From: Octopus bimaculoides
Taxonomy: Eukaryota
Reading direction: 5' to 3'
NCBI RefSeq assembly: GCF_001194135.2
Contig: NC_068986.1
Span: forward strand, 63,508,810-63,572,809
Length of the DNA: 64,000 nt
In this document: positions 38,946 through 53,530 of the stretch, piece after piece
Layout: each line of letters opens with the position of its first letter
Position numbering within the stretch: the first letter of the stretch is position 1
The notes under the pieces: model-generated
Seen by the model: only the letters and a program-made list of their open reading frames with translations
Databases searched by the model: none
What the model was told of the DNA's origin: nothing
Program-made: the position numbers and the translations under genes

Positions 38946-39189
38946 AATAATAATAATGATGGTCACTCCCATTAATTTCAATGTTTGATTGCTTGAAGGA
39001 GAGAATTTAAAGAAATACAAAGCAAGAAAGAGAAAAAAATGTGAGAAAAAGAAAAAAACAACTTTAAAAATAAAAGAATAAAAGAAGCTGCACCTATTTG
39101 TGATGGATGCATTAATGTAATTTGAGTCCAGGTATGGATTTTGCTATGAAATCACAATGGGGACACTGATAATTTTGATTTTGCTTGGG

Positions 39190-40860
39190 AGTGGGCAAAC
39201 ATGTCTGTTGATTGCAAGATAAAATTCTTTTATTGTTCTGTTTCTTTAACTCAAATTGTTTTGATGCATCTTGACACATTTTACACCATGCAGATCGATC
39301 TAGGTAACGATTTTCCCCAAGATGTCAGTTTAAGCTGTAAAGACTTTAGTAATTGCTTCAACTTATCCTTCAACTTATGCCTAAGGACAGGTCTTCCTTT
39401 CTGCAGTATCCCTCTACTTGTTAATCATACAAAAGAACTTACGGAAAGCAGTGACCTTTCATTTGAACAACATGTTCTACCCATCTGCACTGAATTCTCA
39501 GCAGCATGCTTTTGATACTGGAGATATCACATTTTTCTAAGATTTTGCCATTTTGCCATTTTATTTTGCAGACAGCACATGTGAAATGTTTCTAGTTTCT
39601 TTATATGTCTGTAAGGGAGTCCATGCTTCTGCTCCATACAAATGTGTGCTCAAAATATAAGATTTGTATACACTTATTTTAGTTTTCAAACTGACACCAT
39701 GTTCATCTCACAAACAATGGAAGTGGCCTTAGATATTCTAACATTGGTTTTGTCATCAAGAGTACTTTTAAAGTTAACTGCACCTTCAAGATATTTTAAT
39801 GACCTGGTCCATTTAATTAGTTTGTAGCCAATTAATACATTTGAACCTTGAGTATATTCTGTGTCAGGCTTTGATTGAAACAAAATTTCAGTTTTCTTGA
39901 TGCTGATAGTTCAAATACCTGAGCTGCCACAGCAAACTTGTTGATTGTTACTTGAATTCCTTCAAATGTATGAGAAATCAAAGTGTAGTCATCAGCAAAG
40001 AAAAAGTCACATAAAATCTCTTCCTTGGTCTTTTTCTTTGATCTGAAACTTTGCCCTTTTAGATTTAGTAAACTTCCCTCTGTGCAAAACTGAAACTTTA
40101 CATCTTTGTGGTAATTCCTAAAAGCATGTTAGAGTATCATTGAAAAGAATATAGAAAAAAGTATAGGAGCTAAAACACAACCCTGTTTGATTCCAGTGGC
40201 AACAGAAAATGCCTCTGAACATTGGCTGCTAGATATCACTACTCTTATCATTTTATCAGGAAGACTAACTTTTGACAAAATTTTCTAGAGTGCCTCACAA
40301 CTCACTATATCGAAGGCCTTGGTCAATTCAACAAAGACCATGTACAAGACAGTATTTTGCTCATGTGGTTTTTCTTGAACTTGCTGAAAGGAAGAAATCA
40401 TATCAATTGTGCCTCTCCCAGTCTGAAATCCACATTGGGGTTCAGAATATATGCTGCTTATTGATACGGTTAAAGATTACCCTTACAAGAATTTTTCTAG
40501 TTATGCACAACAAACTTATTACCCTGTGATTATCACATACACTCTTCTTTCCTGCGTTTTTGCACAAGTGCATTATAGATGCATCTTTGAACTGTTGGGG
40601 AACAGATCCAGTTTCCCAGATCAAACAGATCAATTTGCACAGCTTTCTTACAAATTGTCTACTATCATGCTTGTACACTTCTCTGGGAATACTGTCTTGA
40701 ACAGGAGCATTTCCATTGGAATTTTTTTTTAATAGCATTACTTAGCTCTTCCAAGGAAGGATCTCCTGCAAGTTCCTCAATTACAGGCCTCTCAAGGATT
40801 TCATTGATCACTTCAGGATTGGTGGTGGATTCTTGATTTAATATGCAGTTCAATGCAAAA
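39190..40860 (-). mobile_element. BovB-like RTE LINE RT region, decayed
   Basis: APVQDSIPREVYKH; IWETGSVPQQFKDASIMHL..GKKSVCDNHRVISLL; ATGIKQGCVLAPILF; LFADDYTL; LKYLEG..TLDDKTNVRISKA. Confidence 0.85.
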
Positions 40861-40874
40861 TAATTTCAAGTACT

Positions 40875-41219
40875 GCGCTACAAGGCCGCAAGTACCTTCC
40901 AACTGGCATACACAGGACCTGGAGGTACTGCAATCCCAGAACCACAAACAGTAAGAGACCTGGGCATCAACATGTGTAGTGATGCATCATTTCACATGCA
41001 CATTGTCAAGTTGACAGCAAAGTGCAGACAACTGGCAGGGTGGATACTGAGGACATTCCAAACAAGGGATCAAAAAGTCATGTTGACTCTGTGGAAGACA
41101 TTTGTTCTGAGCCGCCTAGACTATTGCTCTCAGTTGTGGTCACCACACAGTGTCAAGCGGACAGCAGAACTCGAGGCAATTCAGTGTCACTATACAAAAA
41201 GGATCGCCACAGTCCAACA
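40875..41219 (+). mobile_element. CR1-group LINE, RT C-terminal region, running into an assembly gap
   Basis: VRDLGINMCSDASFHMHI..AGWILRTF..MLTLWKTFVLSRLDYCSQLWSP..ELEAIQ..YTKRI. Confidence 0.85.
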
Positions 41220-44200
41220 NNNNNNNNNNNNNNNNNNNNNNNNNNNNNNNNNNNNNNNNNNNNNNNNNNNNNNNNNNNNNNNNNNNNNNNNNNNNNNNNN
41301 NNNNNNNNNNNNNNNNNNNNNNNNNNNNNNNNNNNNNNNNNNNNNNNNNNNNNNNNNNNNNNNNNNNNNNNNNNNNNNNNNNNNNNNNNNNNNNNNNNNN
41401 NNNNNNNNNNNNNNNNNNNNNNNNNNNNNNNNNNNNNNNNNNNNNNNNNNNNNNNNNNNNNNNNNNNNNNNNNNNNNNNNNNNNNNNNNNNNNNNNNNNN
41501 NNNNNNNNNNNNNNNNNNNNNNNNNNNNNNNNNNNNNNNNNNNNNNNNNNNNNNNNNNNNNNNNNNNNNNNNNNNNNNNNNNNNNNNNNNNNNNNNNNNN
41601 NNNNNNNNNNNNNNNNNNNNNNNNNNNNNNNNNNNNNNNNNNNNNNNNNNNNNNNNNNNNNNNNNNNNNNNNNNNNNNNNNNNNNNNNNNNNNNNNNNNN
41701 NNNNNNNNNNNNNNNNNNNNNNNNNNNNNNNNNNNNNNNNNNNNNNNNNNNNNNNNNNNNNNNNNNNNNNNNNNNNNNNNNNNNNNNNNNNNNNNNNNNN
41801 NNNNNNNNNNNNNNNNNNNNNNNNNNNNNNNNNNNNNNNNNNNNNNNNNNNNNNNNNNNNNNNNNNNNNNNNNNNNNNNNNNNNNNNNNNNNNNNNNNNN
41901 NNNNNNNNNNNNNNNNNNNNNNNNNNNNNNNNNNNNNNNNNNGTTATTTTTCTATCAATAATTAAAAACAGAACAAGGTGAGTTGGTTCTTTCTAACGCC
42001 AAGGTCAGTGCTCTCATTGATTGCTAGTAGTAGTAAACACATTTGACCGCTGCTGACTGCAAGGGTGTGATGCTTTTTTTGTCTTCTGATCATACAGAAA
42101 TGCAAAGCTCCATTGCTGGTCTCCTCATCATCTGCTGAACTTATTTACAGACCAGTGGAATTTGGTCTATTTACCAAGCTGCTTCTCTTTCTCCTACTAT
42201 CTCCTCCAACCCTCACATATTTATGATTATCTCAAGTACTAGACAAAAGTCAAAACTAAACAACATTTAATAATACCACACAGTAGTTGGAGCAAAGATA
42301 GCATCTCGAGATGGTTTCAATACCAATGATTGTAGGAGCACTTGGAATGGTTAAAAAGGAACTGAAAATTATTTGAGAATGATCCCTGAATTGCCACCCA
42401 TGCAGGAAGACGTATTGAGAAGAACATTGTCACTGTGAATTTTCTTTCCTTTTTTGCCCTTTGTATTATTTTATTTATTTTCTTTGTTTACTTTTATATT
42501 TTATATTTTTCTTTTTCTGTTTTTCTTCCCTTTTTTTCTATCACATGATTTCATAAATGAACAATCTGGTGTGATTATTTTAATGGCCTACAAATGTATA
42601 CAGTGTGTTTCTCTGCCCTAGATGTCAGGAAGGCACTTGGCAAGAAAAGGAAACAGAATTGAACGATGATAATGAAAGTGATAACAATAGTGATTGTATA
42701 TGAGTAATCTCAAGTTGTATGTTGCAAACGATAACCAACTGAAAACACTACTACAGGTAGTACTTGAATTTATCAAAGAAATGAATATGAGATTCAGCTT
42801 AGAATTTAGAGAAAAATTATTTAGCAAATAATTAAAGCTGTGTTATATTTCATGTCAATCTTGTTACTCAATCTACCCATCTCTCTACTTCATATCACTT
42901 TTGTTGTATCCAACTCCACTAGACCCAGCACTGATCAATTAACCAATAAGAGTAGTTCTTCCTTCCCAGAATTTTTGCCTTCTGGAATTCCCTTTTTGTT
43001 GGTATCTTTCCTATAGGGTTGAATTAGAAAAGTTCAAGAGGAGTATGAATAGCATCAGTCTCACCAGTCAAAAAGAGCCTGCAAAGGCTATGGGTACTGC
43101 CTCTCCTTTCTTCTAGACCCAGCAAGCAAAAAAGAAAAATACATCCCCTTCCAAGGTTAATCATATGGTTGTAAAAGGTAGTACCTCTCATTTGTAGTTT
43201 CTTCTTTATCATATTTTAGCTAGAATATCTAAGTAAGTCCTACATGTGCTGAAACTGCTGGCTGGAAGTCTTGGAAGGGATACACAGTTTGTTTCAGTCA
43301 GCAATAATACTGAAATAGATCTAAAGATTCAGTCTTCACTGTCTTTTTTGTTTGCTTTAGACATTACAACTAAGACCACATAGGAACACAGCACAGTGAT
43401 AATATTAATTTTAAATCTAACTCTTTAATATTTTTACTTTCCCTTAACAATAACTACATTTTTATCTAATATCTCAGATTTCTTTTCATAACATTACTTC
43501 TTACCTTCATTTTCAGGCTCTTTCATTGTTCTGATTTCTCATTTCATTTTCCTGAAATCACAGTTCATTTTTTTTAAATTTTATATTCTATTTTCGGAAA
43601 ATCACCTCCATTTTGTATTTTGTTTTATACTTTATATTTCACATTCCTCCTTCTACCAACAACCTTCCTTTCTTTTGAACCAACAAGGGGTTCTCTACAT
43701 AGTTACTTAATTTGCCAGAAATAGCAGCCAAATTTTTCTCAACTTATACTTCACTGATTTTTAAAAAATTGAAAGACACATTTGACAATGCACACTAAGA
43801 TGAACTATGTCTAAATACCAAAGATAAGCTAGTCAAATTTCTACTTCTACCAATAATCTTCTCTTGAACCAATTAGAAAGAACAGCCAAATCACTTTCAA
43901 CTCACACTCCACAGTCTTTAAAAGGGGGAAGGACACTTTGGATAATGTAGTCCTAGATAAGCAATATCTAAAAAAAAAAAGACAAGATGGTCATAACTGG
44001 AACACCAGTTAAATTATCTTTTAAAAAAAATCAAGATTTCTGAAGTTTACATGATTTGTCCAGTTGCCTTTGTGTTATAGATCTGCTTAATAAGAATGTT
44101 GACTAGACTATGGCAACAACAGGAATAATGAAGATGATGGTGACAGTGACTTCTCTTATTTTTCATACTACTACTCATATGAGTTTTATTACACAGATTC

Positions 44201-45014
44201 TGAATTGTAATCCTATTGTAGACATTTGTCTCATATTTCACATTCCACAAAAGATATAATTTATTCTACAGTAGCAAGGCCCAACACAGACAAGAGAAAT
44301 ATGATACATGCAAGTTAAGTTTGCAGTTTAGTTTGAATTCATAGTTGTAGTCATCTTACTTTGCTTACATGACAATGCTCTTTGGTGGTAAAAAAAGTTT
44401 TAGATCTTTAGCCTGTTGACTGTCATTGAAATTTTCTGGTATGTAGATTAAATGAAATGAAATTAAATGGATCACCTTTGAATCAAGTGTGCAGTTTGTT
44501 GAAAACTTACTCCACTTCTACAGGGATCATTCTTGTTGCATGGCCATCAGACATTATTTCCCAACTGTTTAATTTGCACTTTCTATTTGGAACTATGTAA
44601 AGATAAGAAGAACATTACCAAACAATTATGCTATACTATTATCTTTGAAAAAGGCATGAAAATTATGCTAGCTTATTCGCCTAACCCATAAATGTATGGT
44701 CTAGTGTGGTACCAAAGTAAGAAATCAATACTGGAGAGCTATTGCTAGGCAATCTTCTGAAAAACTGCTTATTTATTTTATGAGTTCTGACTCATGAAAC
44801 ATTCTCTGACCTATCATCATCCATAAACTATCAGCTTCTCCATACTTTTCATACATTTTACAAATCATTTTGACTCTCCACCTCTACATTTATCTTATCT
44901 AGTTAATAGTATGTCTATTTTTCTTACTGTATACATGTGTATATGTGTGTGTGGTGTGTGGTGTGTGGTGTGTGGTGTGTGGTGTGTGGTGTGTGTGTGT
45001 GTGTGTGTGTGTGT

Positions 45015-45310
45015 GCGCATGTGGCCTAGTGGTTAGAGTGTTGCACTTACAATTGCAAGATTGTGGTTTCAATTCTACACTATTGGAGTGTTGTGTTCTT
45101 GAGCAAAAAACACTTCATTTTGTGTTGCTCCAGTTCACTCCACTGTAAATGAGTGACCCTGCAACAGGCTGATGTTCTGTTCAGGGGTAATGTTGGCCTT
45201 CCTGCCTGCCTAGCCAGAAGGGTGGCATCATTTGAAAACTAAAACAGTGCAAGGAAGTGCATTATGTACAATAACATCCAATAGCCTAGTCAAAACTGTA
45301 ATACAGTGAT
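45015..45310 (+). mobile_element. Third tRNA-derived SINE family
   Basis: A-box-like GTGGCCTAGTGGTTAGAG, B-box-like GGTTTCAATTC, CORE-like TTGTGTTCTTGAGCAAAAAACACTT, then CCAGTTCACTCCACTGTAAATGAGT..CCCTGCAAC. Confidence 0.6.
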
Positions 45311-46035
45311 GTATACAGAGTGGTGCAAAAGTCACACCAGTAAAATAACCACTTCTCTTATAAAAAAAAAAACCACATCCTACACCCATAAATCTTCAGC
45401 AGATCTGAGACCGAAAATGACCTAGGTCAAAAGACCAAACCCTTAAAGAGGTCACAAATAGCTAGAGCCCACCCACCCACAAATACACATACATACAGTC
45501 ACATAGGTGTATACACACACACGTACACACACACAAGCTCATCATTTAATCTTGCCCTTTCCCCCTCTTCTAAGGAAACACACATCTACATACATACATA
45601 CAAGCATGCATACACACAGGCATAAGACAAATTCTCAGATAGATTCAGAGCAGACACCTTGCAGACATTAGAATGAGAGGGGAAGTTGCTACGTCACTGA
45701 AGCGGTCGAAAACAGTGGTGATAGAACTTTGACTAACAACTGATTGATTTGTTTAACCAGCACATTAAACAAACAATCAGTCAGTGAGTTGGTTAGATAT
45801 TTAACTAATTGAGTAACAATAAAAAAAGAGGAAGTGAGCATGTGTTATCATTATTGATGTAATGACTCTCCCAAGACACAAAGTTTATTTATTCACACGA
45901 ATCCATGTTAAGAATCCTGCAAACAGAGAGAGAGAGAGAGATAGAGAGAGAGAAAAAGAGTGAGTGAGTGAGTGAGTGAGTGAGTGAGTGAGTGAGTGAG
46001 TGAGTGAGTGTGTGTGTGTGTGTAGATAGATTGTA

Positions 46036-46844
46036 TCAGTTGAAATAAGTTAAAACGTGGTCTGGTTTTTCGCGTTTTTTACTATGGTATTTCAACATTG
46101 AAAAGAATTTTTTAATGCTGATAAAGTTAAATTAGTGCTTTCATATATATTGTAATCATCAAATTTCAAATGCGTTTAGTTGGCAGTTGAGTTCTTGGCA
46201 ACTTTAGTACCTCTTAGAACCCTCCAACAAGCTGGATTTTTAGAATACCTTTTTGATCAATCTGCATGCATCTTAAACATCACTGTTTGTCAGGTGTACT
46301 GATATTCTGTAACTTGTTTATATTTACATGCTAGAGGTATTTTTCAATCCACATCATTAACTGGTTGTTATAGTATTGCTGTTATTTGTTCAGAACAGGT
46401 TTGAACATTTTAATAAACTGTTTTTCTTTTATCTGTCTTCCAACCTCACTTGTGTCACATAGTTTGTGGAAAGGAAAAATTAGAAGCATTTTCTGACCAC
46501 ATGTCTCTATATGTTCGCTCATTGGAATTTGGCAAACAAAAATGATGTAGATTGAAAAATATCTCTAGTATATAAATATAAACAAGTTACCAAATATTGG
46601 TACACCTGGCAAACCATGATGCATGCAGTTTGGTCAAAAAGGTATTCTAAAAATTCGGCTTGTTGGAGCATTCTAAGAGGTACTAAAAGTGTCCAGAACT
46701 CAACTGTCAGTTAAACACATTTGAAATTTGATGATTACACTATGTATGAAAGTGCTAACTTAATTTTATGAGCATAACAAAATATTTTTAATACCATAAA
46801 AAGAACGTGAAAATCAGACCATGTTTTTAATTTTATTCAACTGA
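46036..46844. mobile_element. Foldback element of ~810 bp with ~300-bp inverted arms
   Basis: 46036-~46356 is the reverse complement of ~46545-46844 (e.g. TTTAGTACCTCTTAGAA, TTTTTAGAATACCTTTTTGA, GTAACTTGTTTATATTTA). Termini TCAGTTGAA...TTCAACTGA. Confidence 0.85.
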
Positions 46845-46984
46845 CAGAGAGAGAGAGAAGGGGCAGAAAGAGAGGAAACAGCATCCACTAGTCTCACAAG
46901 ACCATGGATCTACACCTGGAATATCTTGTTTTGTCCTAGCAGAACAGCATTTGCTATGACTAAAGAGATCCATAAGTGAGGGGC

Positions 46985-48050
46985 AGTTATGACTGTAGTA
47001 TCTACACTTGAAGGTATGATCCCCAAGTCTTGTCTTGGTGCTGCATATTTTTGTATATGCTTTTCTTCATCAGCAATCATCATTCTCTCCTCTCATCTTT
47101 TTGAATCCTTGCCTGGTTCCTATCTCCAATGGAAGCAATTATCAACGATGTCCTCCAACTTTTCAACATTTACATAAAAAGACTTTATGTCACTTATGCA
47201 AACATCTTTGAAATGAAGAAAGGGTCATGCTTGTGTTCACTTGCCAGAGGCCTATTCACTTTCAATATCCTTCCATCTGACATGCAGCGGACATGGCCCA
47301 GCCAGTGGAGGTGTTGTAGTCTTGGTGGGATAAGAAGGCTGGGTATTTTCATGCAAACCAGCATCATTATTGGTAACTCAGTCAGTCCGTTTGATGTTTA
47401 GAGTCTGTCTCTGACTGCATACTTGGAAGGCATTGAAGAGCTTTTCCTGTCTGAAGTAGATGCTTCAGGTTGCACTGCCATAGAGCAGCATGCTGAAATC
47501 ACAACCTTGGTACGCATTGTTACTTTGTCAACCAAGCTAGAGGTGAGGCAACTCATCCAGTATGTCACTTCATTTCAGACTCTAAGAAAAGGTTGTCCGT
47601 AATGTTGGAGCTGGAGTATGTAAACTCATGGACTACTTCTAACTGACAGCCGCTAATGAAGCTATACCTTGGCCCAACACTTACCTTATTCAGAGAAATG
47701 GTCAAGTTGACATCCTGAAAGGTTCTTGTGAAACTGTGCATGAGGTTCTGCAGTTGTTCTTCTGAGTGTGTTGCCAGTGCATCAGCATCTGCAAACAGCA
47801 TGTTCCTGATGAATACTTTGTGTACTTTGGTTTGCATCTTCAGTCAAGATAGACTGAACAGTTTGCCATTTGATCTTATGAGATGTCAAGCATCATCAAT
47901 TGATGTTCCAAAAGTATGGATTAGCATGACAGCAAAGCAGATGTCAAACAGAGTAGAGGCCAGCATGCAGCCCTGTTCCAGTCCACTATGAATACTGAAA
48001 GGTTCTGGGGAAGAGCCATCCAACTAAATGATGCTTTTCATGTCTGTGTT
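46985..48050 (-). mobile_element. BovB-like RTE LINE RT/C-terminal fragment
   Basis: SIHSGLEQGCMLASTLFDICF; NMLFADADALATHSEEQLQ; VVHEFTYSSSNITDNLFLESE. Confidence 0.8.
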
Positions 48051-49039
48051 TGACAAGATCCAACAGTTCAGAGGATTGCATCAAGTTCCAATTTTTGCTT
48101 TGGCATGATTTCTTTGACTGGATGCCCTTCTCAATGCTAAACACTTCACAGTGTGTACTAGGTGCTTTATTGTGTGACCAGTACTAGTGAGGGTGCCAAA
48201 TTAGCTACAACGATGGGACCCCACTTGACTGAGTGAGGGAGTAGTACTGAGGGATGGGTTTATGCCAAGTGTCTTGCTATAGATGAGACACATGGTTACT
48301 CCAAAGAGAAAAGGAGAGAAGATGGTGGTGATGAGATGTCAGGATGTACCATCAAAGTACAAAAGGGTGAATATGAAATGGATAATGGTGCAGGAACAGG
48401 CATGGTGGGCAGGTAAGTTTACAAGAGTGTGAGGAGAACAACAGATAATCAGAGGTAGAGATAAGGGTAAATGTAGCGAATGGAAAACAGGGGAGAAAGA
48501 ATGGTCAAAGGTGAATATTGGTTGGCAGGGAAGATGAAGGAAAAAAGAGTGGGCCAGCAGGGAGGAGATTGGTAGCAATAGAAAAAATGTGGGATGGAGG
48601 ACAGTATTGTATTAAAACTGTATAGACCAGAAATAGGGAGATGATGTGAAGTGTGAATAGAGAGCTAAGGCTGTACAGTAGAGATAGAAGCAGAGCTCAG
48701 AGATATGTAGGGGTGAATACAGAGAATGATGAACAGGGGTGACAGGACATTGATGACTGATATGTTCAATGGAAAAGGTATTGGTAAGGGATGATGCTAA
48801 GAATGCAGGTTGGGTGACATGGGAAGGTGGCCCTCAAGGAGAGGGGAAATTGCTAGCACAAAAAAGTGTAGGAAATCAAAATGTACATCTTTGTTGTCAT
48901 TTAATTATAGTAACTGAATAAATAGTGCTGTGTTAAAAGAGTAATGGAGGGATGGATGTCAGGAATATGAATTATAGGAATGGCTTGACAGGAACAGATT
49001 GCATCCAGTGGCATCAACAAAATTATATGTTTTAGAGCC

Positions 49040-50760
49040 TCCTTTTTGCCAAAGTAGCTGGGTCATCTCAAACACAGTGAATCATTAATCATCTCAATCT
49101 TTTGTCATCTCTTCTGTGTGGTTCAACATTCTGAGATCATCCCAAATCTTGGATTTCCCTCTTCTACAGGTCTCATTCACATTTAGAGATCAGCACTTCT
49201 TTATACACCTGTCCTCAATCATATATATCACATGATTAAACCATCACAGTCTCTCTTGCACACTACATCTGATGCCCCTTATGCCTACTTTTTCTCTCAG
49301 TACATTTGTACATTGATGTTGCACATTCAACAGAGCATACTAGCTTTATTCCTTTCTAATCTTCATGTGTCCTCTGCATTCACAGCTCATGTCTCACTCC
49401 CATATAGAGTCATCATTCATACACAAGCATCATACAATCTACCTTTCACTCTGAAAGAGAAACATTTGTTACTAACTTCCTCCATCCTGTTCTTATTTCA
49501 GCAACTCTGCTTTTAGAACATCCTCCTCCACTGCTAATTAGGCAACCTATATAACAGAAAATGTTTACAACCTCTAAGGAACCTCCTGAGCATTCAAGAA
49601 AATCTACTTTCCATGAGTTCTTAGTGTTATTGCTTTTGCACATCTATCACAGAGTCCACTCTCTTTGTAAACCTTCCTGTGACTCCACTACACCACTCAT
49701 AAATCCATAGTTTGCAATGAGTACACTGTATAGAATTTCTACCTACTTCTTTCCTACATGCCAAGCAGGGCCATTATTTTGAAAGGAGTAACTTTGGTTT
49801 TGGTTAAGTTAACTTTAAAGCCCTTTGATTTCAAGTTTTGTCTCCATACATGGAATGTCTTATCTAATTCTACTGCAGGTTCAACTATGAGAACAAGGTC
49901 ATCAGCATATGGTAAGTTCCCAAGGGCAACTGGTCTTAAGTTCCACTGTTATAGCCTGGAGGATTATGATGGATTGGAGGGGACTGGGAACCAAGCCTTA
50001 GTGAACTCCTACCTATATACTAAATCTGTTGCTGTACTCATTACTAACTCTTCTGCTACAGACAGCATCCTTGTACATTGCTTGTATGACTCTCACTAGC
50101 CATTTGTCAACCCCTAGCTTACTCAGGAACTATCTGATCACAGACTGAAGTACCCTGTCAAAGGCTTTCCTCAGGTCAACAATTCCAAGTACAGTAGGTT
50201 ACTTTTAGCTAAATACTTTTCCTGTAGTTATCTTACTTAGGAGATGGCATCAGTATTACTTCTCCCTAGTACAAAACCAAATTGCATCTCGTCTGATCTA
50301 ATTCTCTTCTTAATTAATTGGATTATAACTCTTTCTATAACTTTCATAACCTGGTCCAGGAATTTAATACCTCTGTAGTTACTTCTATGGCATTTCCTTC
50401 ACCCTTATATTAGTTGACTATGATGCTGCTACACCAGTCATAGGGTGCAACACCTTCCTGTACAACCTAGTTAACTATCCTACACTGTTATATAATTTAA
50501 GCATCACAGTAGCAATTCCTGATGGTCCAGGAGTTTCCTTGCTTTCATATCCTTAATTGTCCTATCATAGCTGGTCCCTTTATTGGGGCTACCTTCCATG
50601 CATTCTCCACATTTAATAGCCTTTCATAGTAACTCTTTCATGCTCTTTCTTTAAAGAATTACTGAGTACAAGTGTACCTTTATTCATCTGCACACACTCT
50701 TCTCACCCACAACATTGTCTGCCTCTTCTGATCCTCATGCTATAGAACAGTAATAACTTA
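49040..50760 (-). mobile_element. RTE-clade LINE, RT through 3' end
   Basis: Same family as 31556 (QFGFVLGRSNTDAIS; ELPYADDLVLIVE; FCYIGCLISSGGGCSKS). The 3' end encodes DLRMLNHTEEMTKD. Confidence 0.85.
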
Positions 50761-52599
50761 TCTGCAATAATTTAGCTACAGTTATCAACTTCATATTACT
50801 TTGCTACACTCAACAATGAACTGCACTCCTTCATGAAACAGATCTACTTACGAGATGTGATTTGCAACTGAGGTAGGAACACTGCATAACATAAATGGCA
50901 AAATTTGAACAATCAATTCTTTGTGTGGTAGGGCACAGCTCTGTAAGCACAGAAGACTACTGCTGTCATAGAAGACACAAACTCGTGAAGTGATAACTTA
51001 TCATCAATCCTGTCTAAAATACCGTATTCTTGTTTGGTTGACTATGTTCTCTAAGTGTGTATCTGTTACTATAGCAGTTGTAACAAGGTGCAGTGTTATT
51101 TTCACTAAACAGACATGTGTGTATGCTAATATTATTTTGATATTACTCTACTCTCTACAAGTAATATCTACTTTTTCCCTGAAGAATTCCCAACATTCCA
51201 TTCACTGAAAAATTTTTTTTACACATCACTTCATACCAGTATGATTTCATGTCATCAGATTTTGCAATTCTAATTCTTTTTTACAAGCTTTCTCTAATCT
51301 TATTTCTTCAAATGATGTCAATAGTTTTCAGCAACAACTTAAAAGTGTTGAACACTATTCAACAGATTTAGTTTGTACAAGAGTACAAACTATTGTATGA
51401 TGTTGAAGTAGAGTACATTAATTTGCTTTACGTCATCTATAAAGGAAAAGTTACTAATCTCACATTCCATAAACTAACTGGAATCTAAACATATCTTCTC
51501 TAAGACTATTTGGGAATTTATCTGGGCTTAAAATCTCCTCCCAAAATTGCCAGCCTGAAAAAATTTAACATTGAGTGAAAGAAGAAAAGGAAGAGGAAAG
51601 GAATAAATTAAATGAATAAATAAAGGAAAGAAAAGGATATAAATGAAGAAAGAAAGAAAGAAAAGGAAGGAAGGAAAACAAGATTGGAAAAGAAAAGAAA
51701 GAGAAAGATAAGGGAGGGAAGAATGAGGAACAAAAACATTAAAAACAATGTCATTTCTTATTACTTTAAAACTGAGCTGTTTCCAAAAGCCAACTTCCCA
51801 AACCATTTTTTTGCGGAAAAACGAGATAAGCTGGACATATCATTTATATACCAGACTACCCCATAAAGCTGCTCCTTTGTAAGAGAAAACATGTTGTTGA
51901 AGAACAAAAGACATCCAAGAATTACCTAAAAGCATCCGTAACAGGCTTTAATATTGGAGTTGACTCCTGAGTGCTGCTTGCCTATAACCAACTTAACTTA
52001 CAGTCTGACCTTACATTGGTGTCCAAGCAGCCAAAAGCAAAGGAACTATTGTTGATAAGAAGAATTGTTCACCCAACAAAGATAGACCAATCAGTACTCC
52101 AGTTGCTACACTTTAGGGCATATGTATTCTAATGTAAGAGTTTTTTCTTCGCCCAGAGAGTTCTCAACAGCAACATCGGCACCCACGTGATCAGACATAC
52201 AGGCTAATACTAAGTTTTAGTTGTCTTCAACAAAGATGAACAACACACAGCTGTGAATTAAAAGTATCACTTCAGTTTAGCTACATTGATTGAAGTAAAC
52301 AGTGTAGAATCCTACATAGTAATGTTACCCCACTTTGAAATAGTAACTGCATCTGAACAGAGGTCCACTATAATTTTACATTGGTGTCATAGAACCATTC
52401 TTACTTGATTATATTATAAAAATACCATAGAAGTCAGCTTCTTCTTATGGTGTCACACTCCTGTTTAATACCATTGCTTTATACCAATGAGGGAGCTTAA
52501 GCTAAGGAAAAAGTTTATATGCAGTCACATGATCTAATAGAAATAGCTGCTAGACCTCTTATATTGTACACCTTGCCACTACTTGTCTTGAATGCTTTT

Positions 52600-53530
52600 A
52601 CGAAAGTAAAAATAAAAATTAGAAGATATCATGCTAGCAATTAGAACTCAAATCATTCAGTTGCAAAGCCCTGAATCTCTTAATGCTGCCACAGATGTAC
52701 TCCTATATGAATTTGTATTGATGCTTTGCAGGATAATCTCTGAGAAATTCACAAATCTCTTTATCCCTCTGGTATTTCAAGGTTGATGCGCTTTTTCAAG
52801 TCAAAAAACCTTGGCAGAAACCATTAAATGTGTTGTTTCTGGATGCTCCATTTTTTTAAAGTTAAAGACACAATACTACTGTTCAGAAACATACTCTCAG
52901 CTCATCAAATCTATGCATCCCTTTGACTGCATAAGCAATGACTGTTATCAATGAATATTCCCATTTTCATTTGCTTTCCCATGATTTGACATTTCTTCAT
53001 AAGCTGTCATTTCTTGCTTGATGTTTGGTTTAAATGGACACTGAGGAACTTGTTTCATGTCTTCCAAACTGGAACCACTTTTGCCTGATAAGTATGTTTC
53101 TACAATCTATTCAACTCCATACCACCCCACTGGAAATGGATAGTGTGAGCATTATGCTGTTATAATTTGGAAAATCATGAGATTAACTCAAGAGTTGGAA
53201 AATTTACCAATTCCCATGTAGGAACTGTTCTACTCGATACCTTACTTTTGGTGTGATCCTTGTTATATACAACCACAAACTTATTATCTTATGAAGGTCC
53301 CTTTATATTTCTTTGAAAAAATGATTACAGGAATGAACGAGTCAACATAGTTTTTGCTACTGGGAAAAGTGAGAAGGTACATCTGAAATAAGAAGTTAAA
53401 CTATTGGAATTACATTTCCAATATGCTCATATTTGTCTTCTAGGTAGTCAAGATGATAACATAGCAATTAGCAACTTGGACCAATCAGGAGATTTTTGAG
53501 ATAAGGTTAAGGTCAAACAAGACAACAGCA
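52600..53530 (+). mobile_element. Gypsy-type LTR retrotransposon integrase remnant
   Basis: AMTVINEYSHF (LTVIDEYSRF-like); STPYHPTGNG*CEH...IIWKIM; EVKLLE..QYAHI. Many stops. No LTRs identified. Confidence 0.7.

Noticed and set aside
40972-41981. The longest ORFs in the track (271-329 aa)
   Set aside because: They read through the N-gap 41220-41942. Only the first ~80 aa (CR1 RT tail) are real sequence. The same applies to the ORFs over the gap at 20067-20176.
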